Shown here: in pieces, positions 1 to 9,698 of the stretch
Position numbering within the stretch: position 1 is the stretch's first letter
Layout of the letters: every line of letters begins with the position of its first letter
Assembly (NCBI GenBank): GCA_013002265.1
Contig: JABDKK010000021.1
Location: forward strand, 1-38,888
Direction: 5' to 3'
DNA length: 38,888 nt
Source of the DNA: Nitrosopumilus sp.
GTDB taxonomy: Archaea > Thermoproteota > Nitrososphaeria > Nitrososphaerales > Nitrosopumilaceae
Notes under the pieces: model-generated
The model's database searches: none
Told to the model about the DNA's origin: nothing
What the model saw: the letters and a program-made list of their open reading frames with translations, nothing else
Translations under genes and position numbers: made by a program

Positions 1-777
1 TAATAATTTTGCATTACTTTTTCTAATCTTTAGAAAATGTGGAAGTTTTTTCATTTGAACTTTAGCTATTGCAGCATTAATTTCTGGCAATCGTAAGTTT
101 AAACCAAATATTTTGGTGTCATAACCACGAACCATGCCATGATTTCTAATCATCAGAAGTTTGTCTCTAAGTTTTTTGTTGTTTGTTACAATGAATCCTC
201 CTTCACCAGAAGTCATTACTTTTGCAGGATACATACTATAACACCCCATTTCAAAAAATGTGCCTGTATGCTTACCTTTGTAAGTTGAACCTAGAGATTG
301 TGCAGCATCTTCTATTATTGGAATATTGTTTTTTTTAGAAATTTCTGATAATTTTTCTATGTCAGCTATGTTTCCATATAGATGAACAGGAATAATGGCA
401 CGTGTTTTTTTAGAAATTTTTTTCTTAATATCATTTGGATCTAGTGTGTAATTTTCTTTTAGAATATCAGCAAAAACAGGTTTTGCACCAGTAGAAATAA
501 CTGCATTAGCAGTTGCTACAAAGGTAAATGATGGAACTATAACTTCATCCCCTTTTTTGATATCTAATGCACATAGAGCTGCCTGAAGAGCAGCAGTACC
601 AGAATTTACCGCTATTGCATATTTTGATTTTACAAATGAGGATGCTGATTTTTCAAATTCTTGGACATATTTGCCACCTTGATTTGCTGAAGAAGTTAAA
701 GCTCCATTTTTAATAACAGATGTCACTACTGAAATCTCTTCTTTACCTACCATTGGAATATTAATTGGAATTTTCAT
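1..777 (-). CDS. DegT/DnrJ/EryC1/StrS-family PLP-dependent sugar aminotransferase (3' end runs off the window)
   Basis: Not in the ORF track; translated by hand from ATG at 777: MKIPINIPMVGKEE...AVNSGTAAL...GDEVIVPSFTFVATANA...IIPVHLYG...IIEDAAQSLG...SMYPAKVMTSGEGG, all hallmark motifs of the family; frame open to position 1. Confidence 0.93.
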   Translation of the reverse strand, partial: MKIPINIPMVGKEEISVVTSVIKNGALTSSANQGGKYVQEFEKSASSFVKSKYAIAVNSGTAALQAALCALDIKKGDEVIVPSFTFVATANAVISTGAKPVFADILKENYTLDPNDIKKKISKKTRAIIPVHLYGNIADIEKLSEISKKNNIPIIEDAAQSLGSTYKGKHTGTFFEMGCYSMYPAKVMTSGEGGFIVTNNKKLRDKLLMIRNHGMVRGYDTKIFGLNLRLPEINAAIAKVQMKKLPHFLKIRKSNAKLL

Positions 778-859
778 TAGTAATTCTCTTAATAACTGGT
801 CTATAAATCTCGTCTAGTAAACATGAATTTTTATATTTCAAAATTTTGCAAACGGCATA

Positions 860-1432
860 ATGAAACCACGACACCTTGAAAAAACAGATGCAGGATACAA
901 GGTATATCTGTACATTTTCTATGTGTGTGGATTTATCATGGCATCATCACTAGTATTTGGGGTTTATGTAACTACCGTAGAATGGTTAGAAAATGGAATT
1001 TATGTAATGGGTGAGGCAATTCATAATACAACAATTCCATTTGAAAATTTTGCAAGAGTTTCAACTTGGATCTTTTTTTCAACTATAATTGGATGGTATT
1101 GTGTTTCTAGAATAGGATGGAGACGAACAGCAGGAAATAAAATAGTTGGAACAAGAATGGCATTGCTCCAGTTAATGTTGTTAGGATTCTCAATCATTAC
1201 ACTCTATGAAGTATTATATAATTTTACAGTGTTAAATGCGCAAATTACAGCTGGAATAGTTGATGGTGTAGTTCCAGATATTGATAGATTATCAGTGGCC
1301 TATCCAGATCCTGAGAGACCATGGAATCTAGTTTTTGCAACTAAAGTATTTCTTGCAGCATTTATCATTAGCACTCATGCATTTTATCTGAGTATCAAAC
1401 CCAGAAAGAGTATGGATGAACCAGATCTGTAA
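860..1432 (+). CDS. Hypothetical integral membrane protein (about 4 TM segments)
   Basis: 190-aa ORF with several hydrophobic stretches; TATA-like TTTTATAT about 25 bp upstream. Confidence 0.7.
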   Translation: MKPRHLEKTDAGYKVYLYIFYVCGFIMASSLVFGVYVTTVEWLENGIYVMGEAIHNTTIPFENFARVSTWIFFSTIIGWYCVSRIGWRRTAGNKIVGTRMALLQLMLLGFSIITLYEVLYNFTVLNAQITAGIVDGVVPDIDRLSVAYPDPERPWNLVFATKVFLAAFIISTHAFYLSIKPRKSMDEPDL

Positions 1433-1515
1433 AATATCAAAAATCATTAAAATTATTAGTTTTAGGTTAATTGTACTAAGAAACTATTTTTTCTAGTATC
1501 AATAATTACTTTGGT

Positions 1516-1704
1516 ATGGGATTATTTGGATCTAGCAAAAATAATTTAAAATGTAAAAAATGCGGTACTATTCTATCAGATTCTGAACGGTTAAAAAAAC
1601 ATCAAGAAGTAGCTCATAATAAGAAAAAAGAAAAATGCAGAATATGTGGAACTGAATTTGATTCTCAAGAAGATTTGAGAAAACACAAAAAAAATTGTAA
1701 ATGA
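1516..1704 (+). CDS. Small tandem zinc-finger protein (C2H2 + C2HC)
   Basis: CKKC-x12-HQEVAH and CRIC-x12-HKKNC spacing. Confidence 0.82.
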   Translation: MGLFGSSKNNLKCKKCGTILSDSERLKKHQEVAHNKKKEKCRICGTEFDSQEDLRKHKKNCK

Positions 1705-1716
1705 AAATTAAGAGAA

Positions 1717-1926
1717 CTATTCATTTAATCCAGATTGATATTTAGCTGGACGCTTTAGTGCTTTCTCAATAGATTCCAAGTTTGAAATCTCGTTTTTGGA
1801 GTTTAGAGTGAGAACATTTATCATTTCAGAGCCTAATTGGACAGATTGCTCAGGCAGAGTTTCTAAAAATTTTTTCAATCCTTTCTTATAATTTTCAATT
1901 AATTCTAGTCCTTCTTCAAGTGTCAT
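1717..1926 (-). CDS. Hypothetical small helical protein
   Basis: 69-aa ORF, amphipathic helix-like pattern, fills the gap between neighbours. Confidence 0.65.
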   Translation of the reverse strand: MTLEEGLELIENYKKGLKKFLETLPEQSVQLGSEMINVLTLNSKNEISNLESIEKALKRPAKYQSGLNE

Positions 1927-2020
1927 AGTCTATGTTATGTTATCTAATATTCAAACTTTCCAAATTCTGCAAACTGTTTTGAATAACTTTATAGGTTTAG
2001 ATCCCAAAAGCTGATTTGAT

Positions 2021-3067
2021 TTGGATATTACAGAAAAAGTTGAGTTAATTGAAAGGCCACCTACTGAAGAAGTAGTTACACATGATGAATTAATTGAATT
2101 ATTCAAAACAAATTCATCCCCAAAACATTACATTGGTTTGGAGATTTCTGGATTTTTACATCTTGGTAGTTTGATTAGTACAGGTTTTAAAATTAATGAT
2201 TTTGTAAAAGCAGGTGTCAATTGTACTGTTTTTCTTGCAGACTGGCATACCCTGATTAACGATAAACTAGGCGGTAATTGGGAGACAATTTCAAAAGTTT
2301 CTAAATATTACGAGGATGCTTTCAAATTAGTATGTCCTGATGCAAAAATTGTTTTTGGTTCAAAACTGTATGAAGAAAAAACAGAGTATTGGTCTGAACT
2401 TGTTAAATTTACAAAACATATGTCACTTGCTAGAACTATGAGAACATTAACCATAATGGGTCGCTCTGAGAATGAAGAAAAAATTGAGCTTGCAAAATTA
2501 CTCTATCCACCAATGCAAGCTGTCGATATTCATTCATTGGATGTAGATATTGCACATGCTGGAATGGATCAACGAAAGATCCACATGCTAGTAAGAGAGA
2601 TTTATCCTAAAATGAAATGGAAAGTTCCTGTTGCTGTTCATCATAAACTATTACCTGGACTCTCAAAACCTGCAGATTCAAGTAATTCCCAAATTTTAGG
2701 AAAAATGAGTAAATCTGATCCAAATTCAGGTATATTTATTCATAATTCAGATGATGAGATAAAGAAAAAGATTAGCAAAGCATGGTGTGAAGAAGCAAAT
2801 GTTCAGAATAATCCACTATTAGAGATTTCAAGAACAGTAATCTTTCATGAGTTCAAAGAAATGAGTGTTGAAAGACCTGAAAAATTTGGTGGAAATGTAT
2901 CATATTCAAATTATTCTCAGCTTGAATCAGATTTTGCTGAAAAGAAATTGCATCCAGGGGATCTAAAGCAGACAGTTGGAAATTATGTGACAAAAATAAT
3001 TTCTCCAATTCGAGATAAGCTAAATCTTAGTGATGATCTTAGTGAGGCTATAAAGAATAGTTATTAA
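2021..3067 (+). CDS. tyrS: Tyrosine--tRNA ligase, archaeal type
   Basis: YIGLEISGFLHLGS (HIGH-like), LLYPPMQAVD, AGMDQRKIH, KMSKS; TTG start. Confidence 0.95.
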   Translation: MDITEKVELIERPPTEEVVTHDELIELFKTNSSPKHYIGLEISGFLHLGSLISTGFKINDFVKAGVNCTVFLADWHTLINDKLGGNWETISKVSKYYEDAFKLVCPDAKIVFGSKLYEEKTEYWSELVKFTKHMSLARTMRTLTIMGRSENEEKIELAKLLYPPMQAVDIHSLDVDIAHAGMDQRKIHMLVREIYPKMKWKVPVAVHHKLLPGLSKPADSSNSQILGKMSKSDPNSGIFIHNSDDEIKKKISKAWCEEANVQNNPLLEISRTVIFHEFKEMSVERPEKFGGNVSYSNYSQLESDFAEKKLHPGDLKQTVGNYVTKIISPIRDKLNLSDDLSEAIKNSY

Positions 3068-3858
3068 ACTTTAAGATCAGGATTAGTTTGTTCTTCTAAA
3101 TTATATTTTGATTTGTAACCTCTTGGATTAATCATCAAATCTTTGTATGTGTATGTTGATGAATTTCCAATTATCACTGTACTAATCATACCTAATTTGT
3201 CAGAGTGGTTTGGTAAATTCTCTAAATCAGTCATAACAATTGTTTCAGATTCTCTAAAAGCTCCTTTAATTATTGCAACAGGAGTTGTAGGTTTTCTATA
3301 TTTTAGAAGAATTTCTCTTGTGTCTTGTAATTGATGAATTCTTTTCTTACTGGCAGGATTGTAAATTACAACTACAAAGTCTCCTTGTGCTGCCGCTTTA
3401 ACTCTTTTTTCAATAATTTCCCAAGGAACTAACAAATCACTCATACTGACAACTGCAAAATCAGTCATTAATGGCGATCCAATAATTGATGCACATGAAT
3501 TTAATGCTGAAACTCCCGGAACAATTTCTACTTGAAGGCCATCCTTAGGATTCCATCCCCCTTCTGCAAGTGTTTCATAAATTAATCCTGCCATTCCATA
3601 TATTCCAGGATCTCCACTTGATACAAGTGAAACAATTTTGCCTGATTTAGCAAGATCAATGCATTGGTGGGCTCTCTCAACTTCTTGAGTCATAGCATAA
3701 CGATAAACAGTTTTACCTTCAATTAGATCTTGAACTAGATTGACATATGTTTCGTATCCTACAATAGTATCACTTTCTGAAATTACTTCCTTAGCTCTAA
3801 AGGTCATATGATCATGATGCCCAGGTCCAACACCAACAATGTAGAGTTTACCAGTCAA
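3064..3858 (-). CDS. cobJ: Precorrin-3B C17-methyltransferase (CbiH/CobJ)
   Basis: LYIVGVGPG, VSSGDPGIYG, SMSDLLVPW, YNPAS, NPRGY motifs. Confidence 0.93.
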   Translation of the reverse strand: MTGKLYIVGVGPGHHDHMTFRAKEVISESDTIVGYETYVNLVQDLIEGKTVYRYAMTQEVERAHQCIDLAKSGKIVSLVSSGDPGIYGMAGLIYETLAEGGWNPKDGLQVEIVPGVSALNSCASIIGSPLMTDFAVVSMSDLLVPWEIIEKRVKAAAQGDFVVVIYNPASKKRIHQLQDTREILLKYRKPTTPVAIIKGAFRESETIVMTDLENLPNHSDKLGMISTVIIGNSSTYTYKDLMINPRGYKSKYNLEEQTNPDLKV

Positions 3859-3905
3859 TTTAAAAATAATTTTTTTATCAAGTAATTTATCCGTTTAGTG
3901 AATTT

Positions 3906-5369
3906 CTATTGGAATGGATCTATGAATGGGCAATTTACTATATGATCACTGTTAGTGGGTCGTGCAAGACTGACTGATATCATGTTACCAAGTTTAAACG
4001 AATCAATATCTGATTTTGTCTCAAGAATTTGTGCTGATTTTGAATCATTCCATTCTACCAAGTAAATTCTCCACATTGGACTGTAATTTTCATCACCTAA
4101 TGCGGCTCCAGCAATTCCGGGTTGAAATCCTAATGGTCCAGTTCCTTTAATTCCATTTTTAAATTGGAAAAGATCAACGGCACCAGAATGAGCTATAAGA
4201 TTTGCAGATTTTGGGGAAGAGACAACTCCCATGGTTTCAGCTGGACCGGTAGGAGTTGCATCAGTTACAATATAGTAGATGGTTTGTCCTTGAGGTCCCC
4301 AACCTCTGTGAGCTACAAAAGTTACTGTTAATTCTTTTTCATTAATTTCAAGAATCTGACCTCCATTATATGGCATCATATTCGTAATTTCTTTCTCAGA
4401 GCGAACAGTCATTTTTCCATCAGGCCAAACAATTTGAGGAGTATTTAGTACAAATCCTGTTTCATTAAATTCAATTCTGCCTGCTTCATTCGCAGCTATA
4501 AGTTCATCAGCGGATGAAAAAACAATTTCTTTTTGTCCCTTCTTCCATTTTACTTCAATTACAGAACTCAGTGCACTGTATTCGGATTGTTGTGATGGCG
4601 TATAAGAGAACACTTCATCTTGGAAACCATAGATGCCATCACCTTTAACTCCATTTTTGAAAATGTATAATTTTTGGAGTGCATTATCCGGAATAGTTTC
4701 AAGAACAGGTGAAAGTTCTACTTTCCATCCTTGTTGTTCAGAAAGGGATTTTGTGAAATCTTCATTACTTCCATCAGTAATTATGTAAAGAACTTGATTT
4801 CCATTGTAGATTCCTTTATGCATTGGAATTGTAGCTGGAACACTTGTTCTAGATAGTAACAATGATGGTTCTTCTTGTTCAAACTCTATCTTTTGCATAA
4901 TTACTTCAGTTGGTTGTCCTCTAATCCAACCATCAACACTTACAGTTGCAGTAAATTCTTTTGAGTTTGGTGAATGCAATGCCAATGCAGCACCTGTAAA
5001 CTCAAAAGATCCAGATTTTTTATTTAAATCAATTAGAGATAACCCATAAGTGGTTTTTCCATCAACACTCCATGTGGGTTGACCTTTGGCTTGTTGAGAA
5101 TTAATTTCATGTAAAACGACTATTTGAACAGGCTCACTTGAGGTAAAGGTCATAGAACCATCATAGAGAGTTCCTTGGTTTGGCGACAAAATTAATGCTA
5201 ATTGATGATTTTCATGTCCTAGTCCTGGATCTTGTGTAGATGTAATGGTTTGAGTAAAATGGACTTTCTTCCTAGATCCTGCATCAACGAATTGATCAGA
5301 TATCAAAGAAATTGAAAGAATTACTGAAATAAACAATACAATAGTTAAGACTAGAACAATCTTTTTCAA
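3906..5369 (-). CDS. Secreted or membrane-anchored hypothetical protein with an internally duplicated domain
   Basis: N-terminal hydrophobic signal; two copies of YI(I/V)TD...FKNG(V/I)KGxG..GFQ...YS...W...NxP. Confidence 0.75.
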   Translation of the reverse strand: MKKIVLVLTIVLFISVILSISLISDQFVDAGSRKKVHFTQTITSTQDPGLGHENHQLALILSPNQGTLYDGSMTFTSSEPVQIVVLHEINSQQAKGQPTWSVDGKTTYGLSLIDLNKKSGSFEFTGAALALHSPNSKEFTATVSVDGWIRGQPTEVIMQKIEFEQEEPSLLLSRTSVPATIPMHKGIYNGNQVLYIITDGSNEDFTKSLSEQQGWKVELSPVLETIPDNALQKLYIFKNGVKGDGIYGFQDEVFSYTPSQQSEYSALSSVIEVKWKKGQKEIVFSSADELIAANEAGRIEFNETGFVLNTPQIVWPDGKMTVRSEKEITNMMPYNGGQILEINEKELTVTFVAHRGWGPQGQTIYYIVTDATPTGPAETMGVVSSPKSANLIAHSGAVDLFQFKNGIKGTGPLGFQPGIAGAALGDENYSPMWRIYLVEWNDSKSAQILETKSDIDSFKLGNMISVSLARPTNSDHIVNCPFIDPFQ

Positions 5370-5407
5370 TATGACACATTGACGTTATTCCCTTAAATGA
5401 TTTTGTC

Positions 5408-6811
5408 TTAGTTTGTTTTATCAAGTGCAAATGCATCATGCAAAGATCTAACTGCTGCATTTGTATCAGAGTTTTTTACAACAAAGGCAAGATTGAGTTC
5501 GGAAGAACCTTGAGTTATCATTGAGACATTTACCTTGTCTTTCTCGATTGCTCCAAAAACTTTTGATGCCACACCAACTGTTCCTCTCATTCCTGAACCA
5601 ATCAATGCAATTATTGCCACATCAGTGGTAATTTCTAATTTTTTGATTATTTTTCCTAAAAGTTCCATTTCTAATGAAACAACTGCTTTGTCAAGATCAG
5701 CATTTTTTACAACAATTGTGATACTAGACTCTGAAGGGTTTTGTGATATCATCATTACATTGATTCCGGCTTTTGCTAATGTAGCAAATATTTTAGCTGC
5801 AGTTCCAGGAGTCCCAACCATACTGCCACCTCTGATATCGATTAGTCCATTGTTTTTTACACTGCTTACGCATTTTACGGTATTTTTTGTATCTGGAGAT
5901 GGGGATGCAGTTACTAGTGTTCCTTCATTTTTTAAATTAAATGAATTTCTAATCTTCATTGGGATTTTCTTTGATAGAAGGGGTTCAAATGTACGTGGAT
6001 GAATTTGTTTTGCTCCAAATAAGGCCATTTCAATTGCTTCAATATAGGATACCTCTTTGAGTAATTTTGCATTCTTTACTATCTTTGGATCTGCAGTCAT
6101 TAGTCCATCAACATCACTCATTAACCAGATTTCATCTGCTTTTATGCAAGAGCCAATTGTTGTTGCAGAATAATCAGAACCACCTCTACCAAATGTAGTA
6201 ATATGTCCATGCTGATCTGCACCTGCAAATCCGCCTACTACTGGAATAGTTTTCTTTGAAAATAATGTCTCAACTGTTTTTAAAACTCTGAGTCTTGTTG
6301 TATCAATAAGTGGTTTTGATTCTCCAAAGTTTGAATCGGTAACTATTCCAACTTCCTTTCCAGTAAGTGGAATTGATTTTTTTCCAGAGTCATTTATTGC
6401 AGCTGATACTAACTTTATTGATAATCTCTCACCAAATGATATGAGGTAATCCATTGATCTTGATGTAACTTCACCTAGAAGAACCATCCCATCGATTAAT
6501 GCAAAAAGTTCGGTAAAGTCTTCTTCTAATATTGAAAATAATTTTTTTCTAACATCAGATTTTTTTATAGTTTGTTTTGCTAATTGTTTATGCCTATTGG
6601 AAATTTTTGATGCTAGTTGTTCTGCCTTTGATTTGTTTTCTTTTTTGATTGATTCAGATATTTCTATTAGATCATCTGTTGTGCCACTTATTGCAGAGCA
6701 AACAACTACAATTTCATTATCTTTTGATAATGTGTTTACATGTTTAGCTACAGTTTGGATATCTTTGGAAGCAGAAATTGAAGTCCCACCATATTTTAAA
6801 ACAAGTCTCAA
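5408..6811 (-). CDS. lysC: Aspartate kinase with two C-terminal ACT domains
   Basis: VLKYGGTS, VCSAISG, SFGERLS, GRGGSDYSA, DVDGLMTADP; TTG start. Confidence 0.95.
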   Translation of the reverse strand: MRLVLKYGGTSISASKDIQTVAKHVNTLSKDNEIVVVCSAISGTTDDLIEISESIKKENKSKAEQLASKISNRHKQLAKQTIKKSDVRKKLFSILEEDFTELFALIDGMVLLGEVTSRSMDYLISFGERLSIKLVSAAINDSGKKSIPLTGKEVGIVTDSNFGESKPLIDTTRLRVLKTVETLFSKKTIPVVGGFAGADQHGHITTFGRGGSDYSATTIGSCIKADEIWLMSDVDGLMTADPKIVKNAKLLKEVSYIEAIEMALFGAKQIHPRTFEPLLSKKIPMKIRNSFNLKNEGTLVTASPSPDTKNTVKCVSSVKNNGLIDIRGGSMVGTPGTAAKIFATLAKAGINVMMISQNPSESSITIVVKNADLDKAVVSLEMELLGKIIKKLEITTDVAIIALIGSGMRGTVGVASKVFGAIEKDKVNVSMITQGSSELNLAFVVKNSDTNAAVRSLHDAFALDKTN

Positions 6812-6846
6812 TTCAAAATACCTGAATTAGTTAATCTTTAAATGCT

Positions 6847-7593
6847 TTAACTTTCCACGCGTGGAGCCAAGTAAAAGTGAATTCTTCCTATATTTGCCAC
6901 TTTGAATTCAATTCTAAGTGGTTTTGCGCTTGAAAACTCACATGTGATAAAGCCTGCAGTAGTACCCACTGCTTTTACTACGGGATTCAGATACTCTAGG
7001 CTGTAGGTTCCAGTACTATCATCTTTTGATGAAATTTCTTCAATTTCATCATCTGATTTATCAAGATCAATTGTAACTTCACCCGAATCACCTTTTCCTG
7101 AAAATTCTCCTTTTGAATCAGTTGTAGTGATAGTAAGATAATCAGATACAACCTGAACATCTCCAAGAATTTTATCAAACTTTGATGATGATAAAGTAAT
7201 TTTAGAATCATAGGGAATTTTTGGTAATGGTGTATCAGTAGCTGAGCTTTCAATTAATCTCATTTTGTATTTTTTATTTTTCCCAACAGTAACTAGTAAC
7301 ATGTTTTGCTCAGAGATACTAATCTCAATGCTATCTTTTTTGTCTGCTCTCTTGATTAGTTTTGAGAATTCATCTATTCTTACACCAAATTTAATGTCAC
7401 TATCACATTCGTATTTTTCAAATGCAGAGTTTGGCCAAGAGATATCAATTAAAGCAACATGTGAAGGATCCATTCCTCTAAAAGTAATTCCTTCAGCTGT
7501 TGCAACAAACGTAGCTTCTTCAACTAGTGTAGAAATTGCGGAGATAATTGCTTTTAGATCGTCTGAACCGCTAGTTTTTGCACCAAAAGTCAA
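6847..7593 (-). CDS. pcn: DNA polymerase sliding clamp PCNA
   Basis: 248 aa acidic protein; MDPSHVALI, YSLEYL, FYLAPR. Confidence 0.96.
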   Translation of the reverse strand: MTFGAKTSGSDDLKAIISAISTLVEEATFVATAEGITFRGMDPSHVALIDISWPNSAFEKYECDSDIKFGVRIDEFSKLIKRADKKDSIEISISEQNMLLVTVGKNKKYKMRLIESSATDTPLPKIPYDSKITLSSSKFDKILGDVQVVSDYLTITTTDSKGEFSGKGDSGEVTIDLDKSDDEIEEISSKDDSTGTYSLEYLNPVVKAVGTTAGFITCEFSSAKPLRIEFKVANIGRIHFYLAPRVES

Positions 7594-7627
7594 TTTAACA
7601 TTCTTGACTGCAAGTACCAGTTAAACG

Positions 7628-7945
7628 TTATGCGTAATCACGCCAGGTATGTTTGCATTTTGTGCAACGATAAAATCTGGTTGTTGGTTCATCTGCACTT
7701 CTAGTTTGGAACATCCACCAAATTGCCTCGTCATTTCCACATTTTTCACAATCTAATTTTATTGTAGGGTTAGCCTCTTCTCCTTCATTTCCTTCAAAGG
7801 CAAGAAGTGAAAAATCTGGTTCCTCTTCTTCAATTATTTTTTTCGTCTCCACTACTTTTTGTCCATCTAAATAACCGCATTTTGAACATTGAAGACCAGA
7901 TCCTGTCTTTTTTAATTTGACCTCACATTTGGGGCAAAACTTCAA
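7628..7945 (-). CDS. tfs: Transcription factor S (TFS, transcript cleavage factor)
   Basis: MKFCPKC..CSKC and CEKC..QTRSADEP..FYRCTKC zinc ribbons; catalytic DE loop intact. Confidence 0.93.
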   Translation of the reverse strand: MKFCPKCEVKLKKTGSGLQCSKCGYLDGQKVVETKKIIEEEEPDFSLLAFEGNEGEEANPTIKLDCEKCGNDEAIWWMFQTRSADEPTTRFYRCTKCKHTWRDYA

Positions 7946-7947
7946 CG

Positions 7948-8226
7948 CTAATTTACCTTAATTTTAGAATTAAATAGTTGTTTTAATTCGTCTGCCATCT
8001 TTATTGCGGATTCGGTAGCTTTCTTTATCTCACCAAGTGGTTTTGTACTAGAATTGATTCTCATCCAGCATTCGTTTGTGAGTGGATGTTTTACAATAAC
8101 ACCTGCAAAATCGATATTTGATCCCTTTAGGAGTTCATGTTGAATAATGTATAAAATTCCTATATCAGTCTCGGTGATTGAAAGGCTAATTTCTTTAGGT
8201 TCTGAACTGATCACTTGGGCATTCAT
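7948..8226 (-). CDS. rpoL: RNA polymerase subunit L (Rpo11)
   Basis: 92 aa, FAGxxxxHPL motif; immediately upstream of tfs and pcn. Confidence 0.8.
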   Translation of the reverse strand: MNAQVISSEPKEISLSITETDIGILYIIQHELLKGSNIDFAGVIVKHPLTNECWMRINSSTKPLGEIKKATESAIKMADELKQLFNSKIKVN

Positions 8227-8277
8227 GTATTCGGAAAAAGCACTTATTGTGGATATAAATCATTATGAGCGGTTAGA

Positions 8278-8814
8278 ATGGGAGAAAGTAAGATTTCAGC
8301 AATAGAATTAGTAAAATCCAAGGATGAATACTTATCTGATGAAAATGTGGAGATAAATGTCAAATTTTCACTAGAAGGAGACCTTAGAAATGCGTTCAAT
8401 GAGGCAAATTGGACTAAAGCATACAATAACAATGATGTATCATTTAAGATGAAATATGGTGTAAAACTCACATCAGGTGGATTTAGAAAGAAAGAACTAG
8501 GAAGAACTATTGATACTTACAGAAAGGCATCAATATTTTGGACTAGAAATCCAAAACTAGTAAATCCCATGAAAGATCGTAGGATTTGGGTTCAGGTAGC
8601 AAAAAACTTTGAACCATTTATCAGACTGTCTGAAGAGGAAGTAAGACAGGAATTATTTGACTTTAATGAGAGATTTGTATTCAAAGCATCAGATTTAGGA
8701 AAAGGAAAACACAAGATCAGTGCAGAGGCATTTGCTTCATGGCAAAAGCATGATTATACAGAACCAGGAAATGTAAAGAATAATTCCTCTGAAATTGAGA
8801 TTACCATCAATTAG
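8278..8814 (+). CDS. Hypothetical protein
   Basis: 178-aa ORF divergent from rpoL with typical codon usage. Confidence 0.75.
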   Translation: MGESKISAIELVKSKDEYLSDENVEINVKFSLEGDLRNAFNEANWTKAYNNNDVSFKMKYGVKLTSGGFRKKELGRTIDTYRKASIFWTRNPKLVNPMKDRRIWVQVAKNFEPFIRLSEEEVRQELFDFNERFVFKASDLGKGKHKISAEAFASWQKHDYTEPGNVKNNSSEIEITIN

Positions 8815-8844
8815 GGATATAAGGAACTTTTTGATGTAATCAAT

Positions 8845-8997
8845 ATGGCAAAATATGATGGTCTTTTAGGACAACCAATACTTGAAGTCGAAGAACCTGA
8901 TAAAGAAGGTGGAATTACATTTATCTTCAAAGACAACAGATTTTTGTTCATAAAGGCAGTTGACGGAAAGATTGAGACCGTATCAATTCCAGAATAG
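8845..8997 (+). CDS. Small hypothetical protein (50 aa), paralogue 1
   Basis: Not in the ORF track: MAKYDGLLGQPILEVEEPDKEGGITFIFKDNRFLFIKAVDGKIETVSIPE; TATA-like GATATAAG about 25 bp upstream; clear similarity to the next ORF. Confidence 0.8.
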   Translation: MAKYDGLLGQPILEVEEPDKEGGITFIFKDNRFLFIKAVDGKIETVSIPE

Positions 8998-9006
8998 GTG
9001 AAATGC

Positions 9007-9153
9007 ATGGATAAATTTGACGATATTAAAATGGCTGAATTAGTAAAGGTAGAAGATCCTGATTCAGATGGTGGAATTACAATGATCTTTCAAGACAACA
9101 AAACATTGAAAATCAAACTTGTTGATGGAAAACTAGTTTCAGAATTTGTTTAA
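9007..9153 (+). CDS. Small hypothetical protein (48 aa), paralogue 2
   Basis: Not in the ORF track: MDKFDDIKMAELVKVEDPDSDGGITMIFQDNKTLKIKLVDGKLVSEFV; SD-like AGGTGA at 8996-9001. Confidence 0.8.
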   Translation: MDKFDDIKMAELVKVEDPDSDGGITMIFQDNKTLKIKLVDGKLVSEFV

Positions 9154-9677
9154 TTTTTTACATGTTTTTCATAATAACTAATAGCTAATTCTTGTACTTC
9201 GGATTGTATAGAACCAGGTCTTTCTTGACGGATTTTCTTTATTGCATCTTGAGCTGAGAGCTTGTGGTATTTGACAAAATAACAAGCTAGAATAGTTCCT
9301 GCTCTTCCCATCCCAGCTGCACAGTGAACCATCACTGAAGAATCATTTGTTATTTGTTGATGAATAAAGTCTACTGCATAATCTATCCTATCTATATCAG
9401 GAGCAGTAAAATCAGGTGTAGGTACATGAAGATACTCTATTGTTTGTGTCCAATGATCAGGAAGTGAATTTTCAGTCATGGTAACAATTGACTTTACTCC
9501 TTGGTTTACAACCCATTGAAATTCATCAAAACTAGTTGGCATTCCAGAACCAGCAAGCTTTTCATCAATTAACCAAGAGAAATTAGTTGGCTTTTTAGTA
9601 ATTTTGCCATGAACCTTTCTCCAAATATTACCTGGCTTGCTCATGACATGAGTAAGCATTACCTGTATTTTTAGCAT
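9150..9677 (-). CDS. Dual-specificity protein phosphatase (Cys-based); true start probably ATG at 9644
   Basis: VHCAAGMGRAG (HCx5R) P-loop, PDFTAP acid loop, RPGSIQ. Confidence 0.92.
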   Translation of the reverse strand: MLKIQVMLTHVMSKPGNIWRKVHGKITKKPTNFSWLIDEKLAGSGMPTSFDEFQWVVNQGVKSIVTMTENSLPDHWTQTIEYLHVPTPDFTAPDIDRIDYAVDFIHQQITNDSSVMVHCAAGMGRAGTILACYFVKYHKLSAQDAIKKIRQERPGSIQSEVQELAISYYEKHVKN

Positions 9678-9698
9678 TACGAAATATTTTCGGGTAAA

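Noticed and set aside
5408-6811. Aspartate kinase as part of an ectoine cluster
   Set aside because: No ectABCD genes in the window; it follows rpoL-tfs-pcn like a housekeeping gene.
8811-9008. 65-aa minus-strand ORF in the track
   Set aside because: Antisense shadow of the plus-strand microprotein at 8845-8997, which has a paralogue and plausible expression signals.
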